Shown: positions 1 through 14,099, numbered from the stretch's first letter. The stretch is 64,000 bases of DNA from Camelus ferus (GCF_009834535.1 NC_045696.1:25050001-25114000), one strand, 5' to 3'. Translations and numbers: made by a program. The notes: generated by a model not told the origin, from the letters alone.

Positions 1-696
1 CCAATCTACCTTTTAAGAAGCATATCATAAATAGACTCGACCTGCAAACTTTTTGCAGATGTTTGGGAAGCCAAAAATTTCCTCTCTATAAAGATACCCC
101 TAATTCAGGCTTCAGAGACTAGTCTTTCTAAATCTGCAGCAAAATGATCGATAATTGAATCATGAGACACACAATACTTTTCAAGATGACTCTTTTTGAG
201 TGTTGAATGTATATAGTCGATATAGCTATTAATAGAAAAAACTAAAAATTTAGCAGCTTTTGAAAATTTAGTCAGTACAATATGTAAGCCATTGTTTTAT
301 TTGATGGCACAACCGAAAAACAGGAGCTCCCATGCTTCTTTTTAAAAATATTTTACATAACCTAAGGAGATATAAATCACTGGGTAAGATTTAAATATGT
401 GTTTTGTTAGGAAACAGAAGGATCCCAGACTTGAAAATAGTGAGAAAAAAAATTTACATGACCAGATATGCTTATTTTTTCACTGTTTTTTGTATTTTTG
501 TTGTTGTTAATTTTTTCAGCATTTAAATAATATATCTACTGGAGTAATATTTGGTCATTCACTATTTGTCATTTCAGGAATATTTTATTTTCTTAGACCT
601 GAATCTTCTATCTTATTCTTGAATAACTTAAATTGCATTTTCAGGTTACATTCAACTTTGTACTGGTTTTATTTGAAATTGTTATTTTAAGAGGAT

Positions 697-935
697 ATGG
701 TTTGTAATAGTGGAAAGGGTGAGTGCTTTGAAATGAGGAATCCTGGATAGTCTAATATTGGTTCAAATTCTAGACCCTCTTGTTATAACTTTGTTACGTA
801 GGAAGCAATGATATATGTTTTGCATTTTTTACCCTTAATTTCCTCATTTATAAAATGGAAATAAAATATTTGACAAAATTATATTAATAGTGGAATAAGA
901 TCCATATACTTAGCGCTCAGTAAATGAAAGCTGCT
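697..935 (+). mobile_element. MIR SINE, degenerate
   Basis: Core-like 'ggttcaaattctag...tttcctcatttataaaatggaaataa' and tail 'gcgctcagtaaatg..agctgctat'. Confidence 0.55.
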
Positions 936-1008
936 ATGATTTATTTATTGATCAGTAGATTCACCTAGCTGTTCACCTACCCTTTATTTTCTGCAGACAA
1001 ATCAAGTT

Positions 1009-1211
1009 TCAAGTTCAAATTCTAGATAGATATTGCATTAACTTTGTGAATTTGACAAATTACTTACTTTTCAAAGTCTAAATTTTCACGTATATAAAGT
1101 AGATACTGTAACTCACACCTTAAAGAATGGCTATTGATATTAAAGTGTCTAGAAATCTAGCTTAGTGCTTAGAACATAGTAGGTGCTCATTTATGATAAT
1201 TGCTGCTATTT
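1009..1211 (+). mobile_element. MIR SINE, degenerate
   Basis: 'aagttcaaattctag...tgtgaatttgacaaattactt' and 3' end 'gcttagtgcttagaacatagtaggtgctca'. Confidence 0.6.
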
Positions 1212-2148
1212 TAGCTTTTAGACTTACTATTGCTAATACTACATAGATTGATTCAGTATTTGACTTTTCTCAAATATATTTTTGTGTTATTTAAAACATA
1301 CTTTCCTGCATCAAAATGACAGAAATTAAATATTTAAATGAAAATTTAAGCTTTACACAGATAATTATCATAGTGATTTTGAATAAAAGATATAAAATCC
1401 ATAGGAAAAAAGAACATAAAAATTATTAATGCTCTGTTTAAGACAAATTGCTTATAGATGCATTATATGAATGCTGGGAATTAACAGTTTTTACAGAAAC
1501 AAAGTGCTGGTGGTGAGATATTTTGATAATTGACATTATTCAGATAATTATTCTAATACACAAAGTGTTTAAAAAACCATGGATATGAGTTTTGCACAAC
1601 ATTTTTATCAGCATTGATTTGTTATTTTATCCATTGTTATTAAGTGCATTTTTGTTATTCATTGTCATTAACTGTGGTATTGTGGAATTTTTAAAAAAGT
1701 ATTATATAAATGAGGTTATCTTATAGTATAAAAATACTATTATTTTTCAGAGATTGTCATTTTTCTTTATTTGTCTTAAGAGATCAATTATTTAAGATTT
1801 TTAAAAATATGAATCACAGATCTCATTTGAAGTAAACATATTTATTTTTAATTACTCATAGGGGATCCTCATTAATCTATTATAAAATACATTTTTTCCT
1901 TCCATAAAAGTTTTGTTTCAAAATAACTGCTTATCCAAATCATACTTAAATGGGACTTAGTTATATTTTAAAATAGGTAAAAAGCAGTATTTCCACAGAG
2001 ATGATCTTAAAATTCTTTTCCATGTATCTGGAAATTAAAAGGCAAAAAAAGAAAGCCAGAAGTAAATGATGCCACTTCTAAATATGTTGCTGTTGCCTCT
2101 GACATCAGAGGTAATTAGAGCAAAGTAAGACAAATATATGGTATCGTA

Positions 2149-2735
2149 TACCAGTGTTCATAGCAGCACTATATACAATAGCCAAGACATGGAAACAACC
2201 TAAATGTCCATCGACAGATGACTGGATAAAGAAGATGTGGTATATTTTTACAATGGAATACTACTCAGCCGTAACAAATAATAAAGCAATGCCATTTGCA
2301 GCAACTTGGATGGACCTGGAAATTATCATTCTAAGTGAAATAAGCCAGAAAGAGAAATAAAAATACCTTATGATATCACTCATATATGGAACCTGAAAAA
2401 AAAAAAGAGAAAAAAGAGGACGCTGATGAACTTATCTACAAAACAAAAACAGACTTGCAGATTTAGTAAACAATCTTATGGCTACCGGGGAAAGGGGATA
2501 GGAGGAGATAAATTTAGGTGCTTGAGTTTTGCAAATGTTAACCACTATATAAAAAAAATAGATAAAAAACAAATTTCTTCTATGCAGCACAGAGAACAAT
2601 AGTCAATGTTTTGTAATAACCTTTAATGAAAAAGAATATGAAAACGAATATATATATGTATATGCATGACTAGGACATTATGCTGTACAGCAGAGACTGA
2701 CACATTGTAACTGACTATACTTCAATTTAAAAAAT
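2149..2735 (+). mobile_element. 5'-truncated LINE-1: ORF2 C-terminus plus 3' UTR
   Basis: ORF 2154-2360 (MFIAALYTIAKTWKQPKCPSTDDWIKKMWYI...) is the L1 ORF2 C-terminal segment. A-rich end near 2729-2735. Imperfect target-site duplication atatatggtatcgta (2134-2148) vs gtgtatggtatcata (2737-2751). Confidence 0.95.
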
Positions 2736-2841
2736 AGTGTATGGTATCATAGATAAATGAGGATACTCTATGAATACCTAAAAATGAAAATGATTACTTC
2801 AAACAGGACCTGTGTTTCATATTTTTTAAAAACTTGAAGTA

Positions 2842-3071
2842 CAGCTGACCCTTTAACAACATGGGTTTGAACTCTGCAGTCCACTTATATGTGGATTTTT
2901 TTCAAAAATAAATACTACCATATTTATTTAATACGGTTGAGTCACAGTTGCATAACCACAAATATGAAAAAAAACTATATATATGGAGGACCACTATAAA
3001 TTATTCATGGATTTGCAACTGTGTGGATGTTCAGAACCTCTAAGCCCCCTGCATTGTTCAAGGGTCAACTG
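2842..3071. mobile_element. Tigger2-family (TcMar) non-autonomous MITE
   Basis: Terminal inverted repeats cagctgaccctttaacaac / ttgttcaagggtcaactg, flanked by TA at 2840-2841 and 3072-3073. Same ends as the copy at 62151. Confidence 0.9.
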
Positions 3072-6000
3072 TAATTTAACTCTAAAGAAAAAGAGATGTT
3101 AAAGGAAATATATATAATGCCTATTAGATAATAATGCTCTCTCAAAAAACCTGTACAAATGTCTTTCTTGATTTTCATTTTAATTTGTAAGAACACCTTA
3201 AAAAGTCATAATAATACAATTAGTTAGGAAAATTAGAGGGAATTAAAAAGATAGCACAATGTTCAACAAGTTTAAAAATTGCTGCTAATTACATTTCTGG
3301 TTATTACTAATTTCTATTCATACTAGCCTAATTTATGCTTTTCTTTTTAATAAAGAATTGTATGTTTACAGACAAGCACAGCTTTGTGGATGAGATGATT
3401 TTACTTCTCATTATATAGTTTGGTGTACACTCCAAAGGCTTACTTAGTTCTAAAAGAGCCATCAACACTTACTTTCACCAAACACAATGTCAAGCTTAAT
3501 GTAAAAAGGAAAAGTAATTTCTTTTTTCTGTGATGTCTTGCAGATTCAAAGTCTTTCTGTGAGGGCAAATACAACAGGAATTGGGAGCAGCAAAATAACC
3601 TGAACATAAAAGTTTCAAGGGTTCCTTTAGGTTGTCAATTTCTGGTTTATGCTTAAGATGACACATTTCAAATCACATTAAATACTATGCTAAGAAATTG
3701 GAATTTTCTTTCTGTTTTACTTGCTAGCATGTAAGATAATATATTTCCAGTTACATTTACTTCAGAAAGCTACCAAACTTGTTTTCTTCCACATCAAGCT
3801 AAGATGCTGAGTTGTCGCCCATACTTTCAGGTACTCTCATTTTGTCTTTCATCCTTCACTCTGGGGGGCTGGGCACATTGTGATATTTCTGTTAGCCTGG
3901 AATGAGAAAGAAAAGCAATTTAATTCAGGAAGTTGAATACTTGGTTCCCAGTTCTCTAGGATGTTATGGTTTACCATTTTCTTCTCACTTGACAGAAGGC
4001 ATTTTGCTTCTTACCCAGATGCCGATCACAGATTTGTTACTGCCCTGAAACATCCCTCTACTCATGTCTAACATAAAACTGTCTTACTCCTTTTTTAAAA
4101 ATTTTCTAAATAGCCAAAGAAATTAGTGAAACATTAAGAGAATAGTTCTTGAACTGCTTGAATTTCTGCTTCTTTTAGAAAATGAGGATGGGAACTCCTA
4201 GGCATAAAATAGACAACTTAATTTCATATGGTTTTTCTGATTTCTACTTATAGACAATATTTTTAAGACTTTCATATATATATATAATTTTAGAAAATGA
4301 AAGTGCATAAGAATGCTGGTTTTTGAAGCTTTTGTATTCCAGAAGAGTTCATGAATATTTCTTTAAAAGTTGGCACAAAATAAGAAAAGTTAATTCCAAC
4401 ATTTTAATCTTTGACTCTGCACTGTAGTTATTTTTTAATGAGATATATTAGCTTTTTACTTGAGTTCTTTATTGAAAATTGGTCCACTTACTTGCTGAAA
4501 AGAAGCTTTAGTTTGCATTTTTCTTTTGCTTGTCAGTGATTAATAAATTATCCTATGTTGTAATTTTTCATTGATATTCAAGAAATTTTGAAAATGCATT
4601 GAGATTGTGTTTTTGAGCCAAACAAATGTAGACACCTGTAGATTTGGGGAAAAAATTTCTATAAAGGTATCTTTAAGAATTAATAAAATATCACCTTAGA
4701 AATCTAGCATGTGGGATTGAGTGAGTCCCAAGGAGAGAGGTACCAGGTGAAGTCAAACAAGGAGGCCATGGAAGGGGATTTGGATTTTATAATTATGATG
4801 AGGACCAGTGGGCTGTTTAAGAAAGGAACTGAGCGGACTTGAAAGTACAGTATGGCCTGCTCTGTAAATGTAGCAGTGGTGGTAGCACTTCCTGTCTCTT
4901 TATCCCCAAACCAGAGCACAGGCTCCAAATGAACAATTCCTCCTCCACTGATGAAGGGGGTTTACCCTGTTCAACTAGAGCTATGACCTTCCTTGACATA
5001 AACTGCTTTTGTTTCATATGGTTTCATATGAACTTATCATCACTGTCCCAGAGGCTTCAAATTAACATTCATGACCTGCAAAGAGCCTGATTTCCCCAGG
5101 GTCACTGAACACAATGAGTTGGCCCTACTAGAATGAAAGCCATATGGTATAAATTGCAAATGCTTGGCTACCATTTCTAAACATATCTGCCTAACCAATT
5201 TACTGTGTTGACCAGATGCTCACCTTGAATGTGGGTATGTTCACAAAAATCTTTTTAAAAATACAGTTAAAAATCACAGTTTTATGTTTATGATTTTCTT
5301 TATCCTATCGAGATGCTAAAGGGAGATGTTGAAGTACCATCCCACTGTCAATTCACAGCAATGTATGAAATCACTTGGAGGAGAGTGTTGGAATGAACTT
5401 AATTACAGTTGCCATCTTATAAGTAAAGACATGTAGGTTGTTGAAGTTATAGTTTCGAGAAATTTGCAAAGTAAATATTTGCTATAAATATGCAGAGAAT
5501 AAAACAGATATGGCACACCTTGAACTTCTGAACTCCTGTATTTTTTATGTATAAATTTGGTCTAAAATGCGTCCTAGAGCTTGGGAATGTTTGGAAAGTA
5601 GAAAATCTCCTAGAGCCCTGAATTATTAGGTAGACTCTGAATAGACACAGAAAATATAGGTTCAGGGGGAAATACAGGAGGTGAGCAGAGGGGAACTTAC
5701 AACTGGGGAGAAATAAATTTAGGAGAACTAAGAGCAAAGGTAGAGAAAACTGAGAGGAATCTCAAAGTAACAAATGTGTGGGCATCATGTTCCTCAACTG
5801 AAATTTTACTTGTACGAATGTAGTATTGTTTCCATGTCCCCCTTTCAGCACTCTACCCCAGGGACTTGGCTGGAAGGCACTGTCAGTTCTCTTGTGAGGA
5901 AACAGTGCTGTGCTGACTCAAAGCTTAGTTGTTCAGTGAGAAAGCAGTTTTGTCCAGGATCCTTTAATGTCTATTTTAATTAATTAGGAGTGATACAATT

Positions 6001-6444
6001 TTTGTCAAACAAGAAATCTGAATTCATCAAGATAGAATTTTATTCTAGATTGACCGAGAGGTAGTGAACCACTCTTTTGGGGAGGCATAATTTAGGATGA
6101 TAGCCAACATCCATACCTCTAAAGTAAAGCTTTTGTGTGTAATAAATTATTTGTCATAATTCTAGGAAGTGGCATGTTTTAACCATCATAAACACAAGCT
6201 GTATTATATTTTCAGGATAAAATATTAAGCTGTATTATGAAGGTCAAAATAATGTTTAAAGAAAAACTCTAACCATAGTCTCAAATATATTAAGATGTGC
6301 TTTATCACATAATATTTTATATATCACCTCTCCAAGAGAAACAACTTTATAATATTCAAATCTTCTTTGACTCATGAACAATAAAACTTGATAAGATAAA
6401 AATGTATATAAATATTTGACAGTCAATTTATTCAAATTAGTTTT

Positions 6445-6570
6445 TAATTAATTCAGTAAGCATTTATTGATGACCTACTGCATGCAGTGCATTTTACTGA
6501 TATTGGGTATATTTGATTTTGTTCTGAGGTCATGGGTCATGAGATTTGTGCCTGGAGGATGTGATTTATT
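6445..6570 (-). mobile_element. L2 LINE 3' end fragment
   Basis: 'attcagtaagcatttattgatgacctactgcatgcag' resembles the reverse-complemented L2 tail. Confidence 0.4.
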
Positions 6571-8639
6571 AAATGATAATATTTTTGTATAAGCAATCAA
6601 TAAGTAAATAAATGCTTAAATTCCTAAAGAAACAAAAAGAAAACCAGGTAGTATTATTTTAAGAAATTATATAACTTCTCTAATCTCTAATTTCTTCCAT
6701 TGAAAAGAATATCTAGTTCACATTTAAATGATAGATACAGGGCAACTGGCATGTGGTAGGTACTTAACTCTAGCTAATATCAATCTGTGTCCTCATGCAT
6801 TTTATTGCCCTGTGTACTCATAGCCTCTTCATATGTTATATTCCAGTTTTGGGCTTCCTTTTCCGTGGCCTTACATATTTATATTAGATAAGGAAAAAAT
6901 TATGTAATGCTATCTTTATCCTAAGCTGTTTCACGATTACTTTCAGATTTACATTTTTCCTGTTGACCAAATTACAAATCGGTACATATAATATACCTTT
7001 CCAGAATATTTTAGCTTTTAAAGATTTAAGGGAACTTATATGCATTTGTATGCAAAAAATCATATAAAATATGTATATGTTTACACATCCTATTTATTTA
7101 AAAGATACCTAACGAAATTTTAGAGTTTGCACTTGTGTTACACTCTTAGATGAAGCTGCAAGTAGAACAAACACCAGATTTCCAAAAATAAGGTTGAATT
7201 TCTACCTCAGAATTATTTGCAGTCCCTCATTAATAGAGTGACAGATATTTGCGATTTTTAAATTATAGATTGTGTATGACCACATTTTATACAACTCTAG
7301 TCATTAACAATTTAAAGACTAAATTAAACCATATCAAATGAAAGATAGCAAATTCCTTGTGTTCTGGAGTGGGAAGAAAAAGACATTTTTAGTACAAAAT
7401 TTACTATGCAACACAAAAATGGACAGATGGTGTGCACAATCCATTTGTCGAAAGGCTCCTAGTTCTGTGCATTGGAAGAAAACTAGGTGACAAGTTCGGC
7501 AGCAGTTTTTATCGAAGACGTTTTTAAATTGCATGCAACCTGTAAGATCTAGAAGATGGCTTCCAACTAAAACAAGCCACTCTTAATCAGTGTCTCAAGG
7601 TTGCACTATTAATGCTCACAAAAAATTTTGTCTTTTCAGGCCTAAAAATCCACTTTCATCTCACTTCCAGTTTTTATAGGAGTTTCAGATACATGATCTT
7701 ATTTTTCCTTTTAACTGGATAGATTGGCAGCAAAGATGGTGGAATAACGCCTTGCAGTTGGTGATCTTCCCAAGATCACAGAGCTGGTAAATACACCATG
7801 TAGTTCAAATAAAACATGAGAATAGCCAGTAGTGGTTACCTAAAAATGAGCAAAGCTGCTCATTTTTAACTATTGTAATAATAAAAATATCCCTCATTTT
7901 ATTAGATTGGCTGATTCACTGCAATAAACATAAATTCACACATTATACTATGAAAGAATTAAAAGAGGGAAATTCGTGTTTTGATTTTTTTTTTTTTTTA
8001 TGGCATGCATCTGCTTAGGACAGACTGTGCTTTTTAGATGAACAACTCTATCCTGCAGTAAGACTCACTAGAGACATGTGATGTCAGAACTCAATTGGAC
8101 TTGACATTTAAAATCTTTGTACTAAAATACTGAATCTATTCGTGAACAATATGTGGAGATTTAGCATGAAAACTATAGTATATTTCAACATATTTGTGCC
8201 TAGCTGGGGTATTAATATAACAAGAAAAATATTTGGCATTTTCCAACATCAGACATTTATATGAAATCTGCCTTTTGGGTAGAGATACTTTAAATAAGAA
8301 ATTTGGGGAAAGAATTATGGCTCTATGTTGGCTTAAAGAGGAAGACTGCTCACTGAACATATTTAATGGATTAGTTTGATTATTATTGGCATTATGTCAA
8401 TTTTCTAGAAAAACAATAAACTAGAATATGCAGACTCACCTGCTGTGGGCCATATTGAAAATTAGTAAAAAGTGAAATAAAACACCAAGATATTGATCTG
8501 TGCCTACTAGGATCTCAGTTTTACCTGAGTGCCTTTCAGTACTTGAATATATCCCGGAAGGCAATGATTCTCAATACATGTTCACTTTTTCTATTACTAA
8601 AAATAATATACCAGGGAAAGAGGGAAAATAAAAGCTAAA

Positions 8640-8736
8640 TGTGTCTAACTGAAAAATTGTGCTCTACACTGGAATTTGACACAACATTGTAAAATGACTA
8701 TAACTCAATAAAAAATGTTAAAAAAAAAAATAAAAG
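8640..8736 (+). mobile_element. Ultra-short young L1 3' tail insertion
   Basis: 'gacacaacattgtaaaatgactataactcaataaaaa' plus polyA matches the tails of the L1s at ~2700 and ~38150. Exact 9-bp direct repeat aaagctaaa at 8631-8639 and 8737-8745. Confidence 0.85.
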
Positions 8737-9879
8737 AAAGCTAAAGGAGCCCAAGTACTGGATTAAATCAGGTACTAATGGCAGGGTGTGAGGCACTCTG
8801 TGTTAAAGCTCATTCAAAATGTTATCAGTTACATGAAGTTTCAGAACAAAAGAAAACAGCCTAAGTTCTGCACGAGCAACTGCTGGCCAGTATGAAATGT
8901 GATGCAAAATGTGGATGAGGAATTATGGAAAGCTCACTCCTATCTCCTGATTGTTATCTTCCCCCCAGTTCTTAGCCAAATGCAATGATTTGTTTCATAT
9001 TCTTGCTTAGGGCACCTTCTATGGCAGCAGGTTCTTGCTCACGTTGACACATGTCACTTTCTTAACAATCATGATGTACAGAAAGGGGACCAGCACTTCC
9101 TATCTGTGCAGAAGTAACTGATGGACATTAAAGACTACCCACTTCCATGGCAAAGACTACCATGACAAGTCATGATATATTTCCACTATTAAAGCCAGTA
9201 GAGTGTCTAGGGCGCCAAAGGGTAAGTCCTGGTTTATTCTTGAGGTCCATTTTACTCTAAAAAAATACCCTGATTTATCAAACAGATTTTATCACCATCA
9301 TACCTAAGGCTTATCTGTCTGCTGTACAAGAAATGCCAGTGTTACAATTTTGGGGCAAAGAAAGAATAAACTTTGTAACGTAGGCAAGTATGAAATGATA
9401 TCTGAACACCTTATCTGTCACTTTGTATTCATCTGGATGCTATTTGCTAAGGCAACGGGCCACATACTTCCCCATGTTTGTATAATCTGCATATAGCAGA
9501 TTATTCATATACACACCACTCACATGTACACACTCATATAGTGTCAAAGCAGCCTAATTATAAATAAAAGTTTCTAAAAGTCAAGTAAAGTGGAGCTTTA
9601 TACTAATGTCTTATTTAAGCTTTAAAGTTTTTTTTAAGAGGTATGATTCAAGTGATTATGAACGGGATTATTCCATTTGAATAAAACATAAAACCTTGAA
9701 TTCTTCTCAACTCTTCCTTCTATAGAGCACTGAGAGTCAGTCCAGAGATATGTGTGTGTGTAGAAAATACTTTATCATATTTTCCTGAGGAATACCATTT
9801 AAATAAACAACTTGCTAGCACTTAGGGAAATTGGTATGACCCTTTTCTAAAAGCTTATAATTCCACTTCAAGGTCCCTG

Positions 9880-10130
9880 ATGTTCAGGAAAAACCTGGAA
9901 TGTATATGGAAATACTGTTAGTAGCTCAAAAGAGGGGTGAATGAATAAAATTTAGTCCATAGACTACTCTGTAAGAATTAAAAAGAATAAATTATATACA
10001 TCAATCAAATAGGTGTCAAAAAATAACACCGAATGTAAAAAAATAAATAGGTAGAACAAGGTGGATGTCACAAAGTCTTTTATGTAAATTTAAACATGGA
10101 AAAATGTTATAAACATCTATGGATATATAG
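9880..10130 (+). mobile_element. Old L1 (L1ME-like) 3' fragment
   Basis: 'gaatgaataaaatttagtccatagactactctgtaagaattaaaaagaataa' resembles a degraded ORF2-end/3'UTR. Confidence 0.45.
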
Positions 10131-10199
10131 TTAAGTAAAAATGGTTAGGAGTTTAATTACAAGGGTAGATTTAAACATACATATATTAAATACCTAAGT

Positions 10200-11440
10200 A
10201 TTAGCCTTTTGTTAATATTTTGTATTTGATTACTGTTTCATAGATTATTAGTTTTTATAAGTTTCCTTCCCTCTGCTTGGGTTTATTACTCTTTCACTAA
10301 TATCTTAAGTTAACAGTTTAATTATTTTCAGTGTTTACTGATTTATAATATATTTTAAATATGCTCTTCTATTTCCAAATCTGTAAAAATTTGTTGAATT
10401 GTTGATTTTTTCTGATTTCTGACTCAGTTGCATTGTGGTTAGAGGAAAAAGATCTTCATGATAATTCCTTGGAATTTTCTGGTGTTTCCCTTACGGTCTT
10501 GCATCATGGTCAAGTTTTGTTCGAAACTTCATGTTTCTGTGAGAATAATGTTTATTCCTTAAAATAATGTATTTGTTGACTTCTTATATATCGATAATTT
10601 TATATAGTTTGATGGCAAGTTATTGGAGACATGAATGTTTAGAATCATTTCTGTAAGTTGAGTCATTTATCATCGTTTTGTGATCTTTTCAATATTACAC
10701 AGGGCTTTTTACCTTAAAGGATAGTCTGTCTTAAAATAAATGTGCCAGCTTTCCCTTGGCTGATATTTACCCTACCTAATATTCTATCTTCTGTCATCAG
10801 TTTTCTCATGTCTTTATGTTTAGATGTGACTCTTGTAAACAGCATAGTTGTGAATTTTATTTTATTTTTTTTTTAATTTAATCTTTGTAAAGTGACTCAA
10901 TTTATATTTATTAGGATTACTTCTTATATTTGGATTCATAACTGATTTCCTGTTTTGTATATTCCTCCTTTGTTTCACTACTCTGCATTTTCTACATCCT
11001 TTTCATTTTTTTTTAAAGATTTCATTTCTTCCCTCTTCTGTTTTAGTAGTCACCATACAATTTTACAACTTTAATGTGTATGTTTACCTTAAAGTCTGTG
11101 TTAATCACTATTTCTACTCCTTATGTATAACACATGAAACTTAAAATTTTTAAAATCAAATCACCATCTGTCTCATCTTACTTATTGTTGTCCTATATTT
11201 TAATTGTATATTTGCTCTCCAAATTAGATGTTCTGTTGTTTCACACAGCCCATGTGTATTCAGATTTATTCTCTTGCTTACCACTCTCTTTGCTCAACAG
11301 TTCTTCTTTCTTCTCCAACTTTCCTTCCGTGTTTGTTTTCCATCTTGCAGAAATAACATCAGAAGTTTTTTTTTAAAGTTAATGTTCATTGGAGGTAAAT
11401 TATTTCACTTTTAGGTTACCCAAATAAGGTTTTAGTTTTT
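10200..11440 (-). mobile_element. Old L1 (L1M/L1ME) ORF2 5' region, antisense, degraded
   Basis: Strongly T-rich tract with antisense L1 motifs ('ttgcattgtggttagag', 'gtgactcttgtaaacagcatagttg', 'ccagctttcccttggctgatattt'). Confidence 0.7.
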
Positions 11441-12039
11441 CTTTTATATTTACTTATATTTGGAATACTTTCAAATAGAAAATATGTAAGAAGAGTACAG
11501 ATCACTCATATATACTCCATACCTATATCCCTACTTGTTTATATTTTTCCAGATACACTTTATAATACTTCCCCCAGCCACCCCTTCTCTCTCTCTCTTC
11601 CTTTTCAGTATTCAGTTTATTCTATGTTGGCAAGAAGGGTTGTTCTTGTTATTATGTGAGATATTTAAATTAGCCTTGCTTATTACTAATGCAAGTTTCC
11701 AAAGAAGAATAAAAGGATAATCATGTGAATGCCTTTGTGGCTTTTTGTAGAAATGGAAATGCAGGTCTGAGAGATTACTAGATTAGAAGAAGTTCACACA
11801 GAAAAAACATATGATGATCTTGCTATCATAGCAGAAATACATTTGTCTTCTAGTAATTTGTTTCCTTAGTTTACATTTTTTAAACTCTTAAATCCAATGG
11901 ACTTGTATACAAAATTATATACCATTTTAACGTACTAATGAGAAGATAATATAATGGATTCTAACCTCCAAAGTATTATTCGTTGGTTTTCAACTGTGTA
12001 TCTAACTGCTCAATATAAAATATACCATTTAATTTCTAT

Positions 12040-12190
12040 AGTATCCACATCAGTAGCAATATTTTCCTTTTATGTAAATGAAGACATAATTGCTCCAGGT
12101 TGCAGAGCAAAAAGTGGCAGAGATTAGATTCAAATATAATCTCTCTGATGCCAAAACTCATATTCTTAACCATTATAGACCCTGCCTCCA
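12040..12190 (-). mobile_element. MIR SINE
   Basis: 'ttttatgtaaatgaagac...ccaggttgcagagc..aagtggcagag..agattcaaat...tctgatgccaaaactcatattcttaacca'. Confidence 0.6.
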
Positions 12191-12370
12191 ATTTTATGTT
12201 TAGGTAATATATAATCTAATGAGATTTCACAGGGTTAATATAAAAATTATCATTTAGCATTCTCAATAATAATGTGCATTTTTTTCTGTACAAAAGGAGA
12301 GAGGCTAGAAGTGCTTGGTTAATTACACACTATAAATGGTTGCTCAAATGAACTGCTGTTTGATAAAGTA

Positions 12371-12837
12371 TATGTTGGCCTCCACCTCATGGGCCTACAA
12401 GGCCTATACTGGCCCATCTTTAAGACTGGAGAAGGAGTGTGGAGTCAGCCACAGTGACATCAATGGTTTAATGGATGGGGGAGCTTAGGTATCTGAAACA
12501 AGGTCCTGGAGTGATGCCCCTCCATGTGCGGTGGTTGTTGGGCAGGACACAGTGGCAGTCTTTGCTGGGGGAGGGCAAGGGCATGTTACCAGTTATAGGA
12601 TGAACTGACTTCAGGTTGGCTCATCAGTTATCAGGGAAACTAGCAGAGGCGCACACCCCTCACTGCCCTTTTGATAGGCTATCTTGGTGGAGGTGTTCTG
12701 ACCTAAAGATAAAAACAATCACCATACTTGTAGGGAGGTTAGTCATGTAAGTAGGATGTAGGGGAAGCAGGGACTGGTCCAGCAGGGGGATATGCAGAGA
12801 ACAAGAGAACCACCACCTTGGTTGGCCTGATTATATA
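12371..12837 (-). mobile_element. ERV solo LTR (family not named)
   Basis: Sharp GC-rich ~465-bp block in AT-rich DNA, starting tgttggcc. 'tttaat' at ~12467 gives an ATTAAA polyA signal on the minus strand. Exact ends and TSD are ambiguous. Confidence 0.7.
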
Positions 12838-14099
12838 GTAGAAAGCAAATCTTAATCCATAATATGCATTTGCAAGTAGCACTACAGCCTTAAAATAAGC
12901 CATGACTATTTTCTGAAGTAGAGAGGTAAGGACCTGAATCCTCTTAAAGCTCCTATAATTGATAAAAGAGAGTTGCCGAACTCATCCTCTTTTACAAGAG
13001 AGATGCCTCTTGACAAGATATTGGAAAAAAAAAACAACAACTTAATTTAGGATATTAAAGGAATGAGGTTAACTAATGCTTATGTTTTATAACTAATTTT
13101 TTAAAAAGTCTTTAGTTGAATTTCCTTTGTATTTATAAGATACAATTTAAAAATATTTTAGCTCATTTGCACCTGGCTGGTTTCTGAATTTTAGCATGAT
13201 CCAGTACTTAGTTAAGTGTAACCTGTTGTGTACCTGCCAAGTAATTTAAACAGATGACTATAACATACAAATTAAGATTGTAACCATGCCTTTTCAAGCC
13301 TAAGCTGTATGGACAGAGTTAGAAAATAAAAATAAGAAAACAAAATATACTTAGACCTTATTTCTGTTGCAGTTTAATAGTAAAAAATCATTAATGATGA
13401 TGTTTAAAATGTATCTAGTGTTTTTTAATGTTGCATGGCCTACAGTTTTGGGAATTTGGTTGAAAATGTACGTCTTAACTAGGTTTTGGAGAAATCGTTT
13501 TTTCTGTGTATTGTGAACTGTCATGTCTTTATATGACCACTTGATGGAACTCTTTCATTTTGCTTTCAGCAATCTCCAAGCAGTGACAGCCTTAAATTTC
13601 TGTCAAAGCATGAAGGAATCTCTTTTTAAAAAAAAAAATTAAAAAAAAAAAGCTTAAAGGAATTAATTATTTAACCAGCTATGGGATTATAGTTCTCGAC
13701 AGACTATCACCAAATCAATGTATCAAAAGAATAAAATTCTACTTTATCTCAAATGAATTTTTGTTTTCTTACAAGATGTTTTTTACAAAAAGCAAATGTT
13801 AAATTATCCTAAATATTTTAATATAATCTTATTCAAAATATTATTTTTCTTTATAGTGAAAAAACTGTATCTGAGAGGTATTTAAAGTTAACAGTCTATA
13901 CGAATATCATTAGGACATTTTGCTCGAAGCACTCCCAAGGTCAGTGGGGATAGAGGTTGTTAGGTAGCTATGGATAGTTCCTAGCAATTATCTCAGTTGG
14001 GGAAGATAATTTGGGAAGGGGAGAGATTGATTATGAAGTGAAGTTTCCAGTTAAGTTGTATGGAGCAATTAGGAATAACAGGAAGTAAAATTCAGGGAG

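Noticed and set aside
2154..2360. 68-aa ORF as a host gene
   Set aside because: It is the L1 ORF2 C-terminus in a truncated retrotransposon; the same applies to 38971-39225
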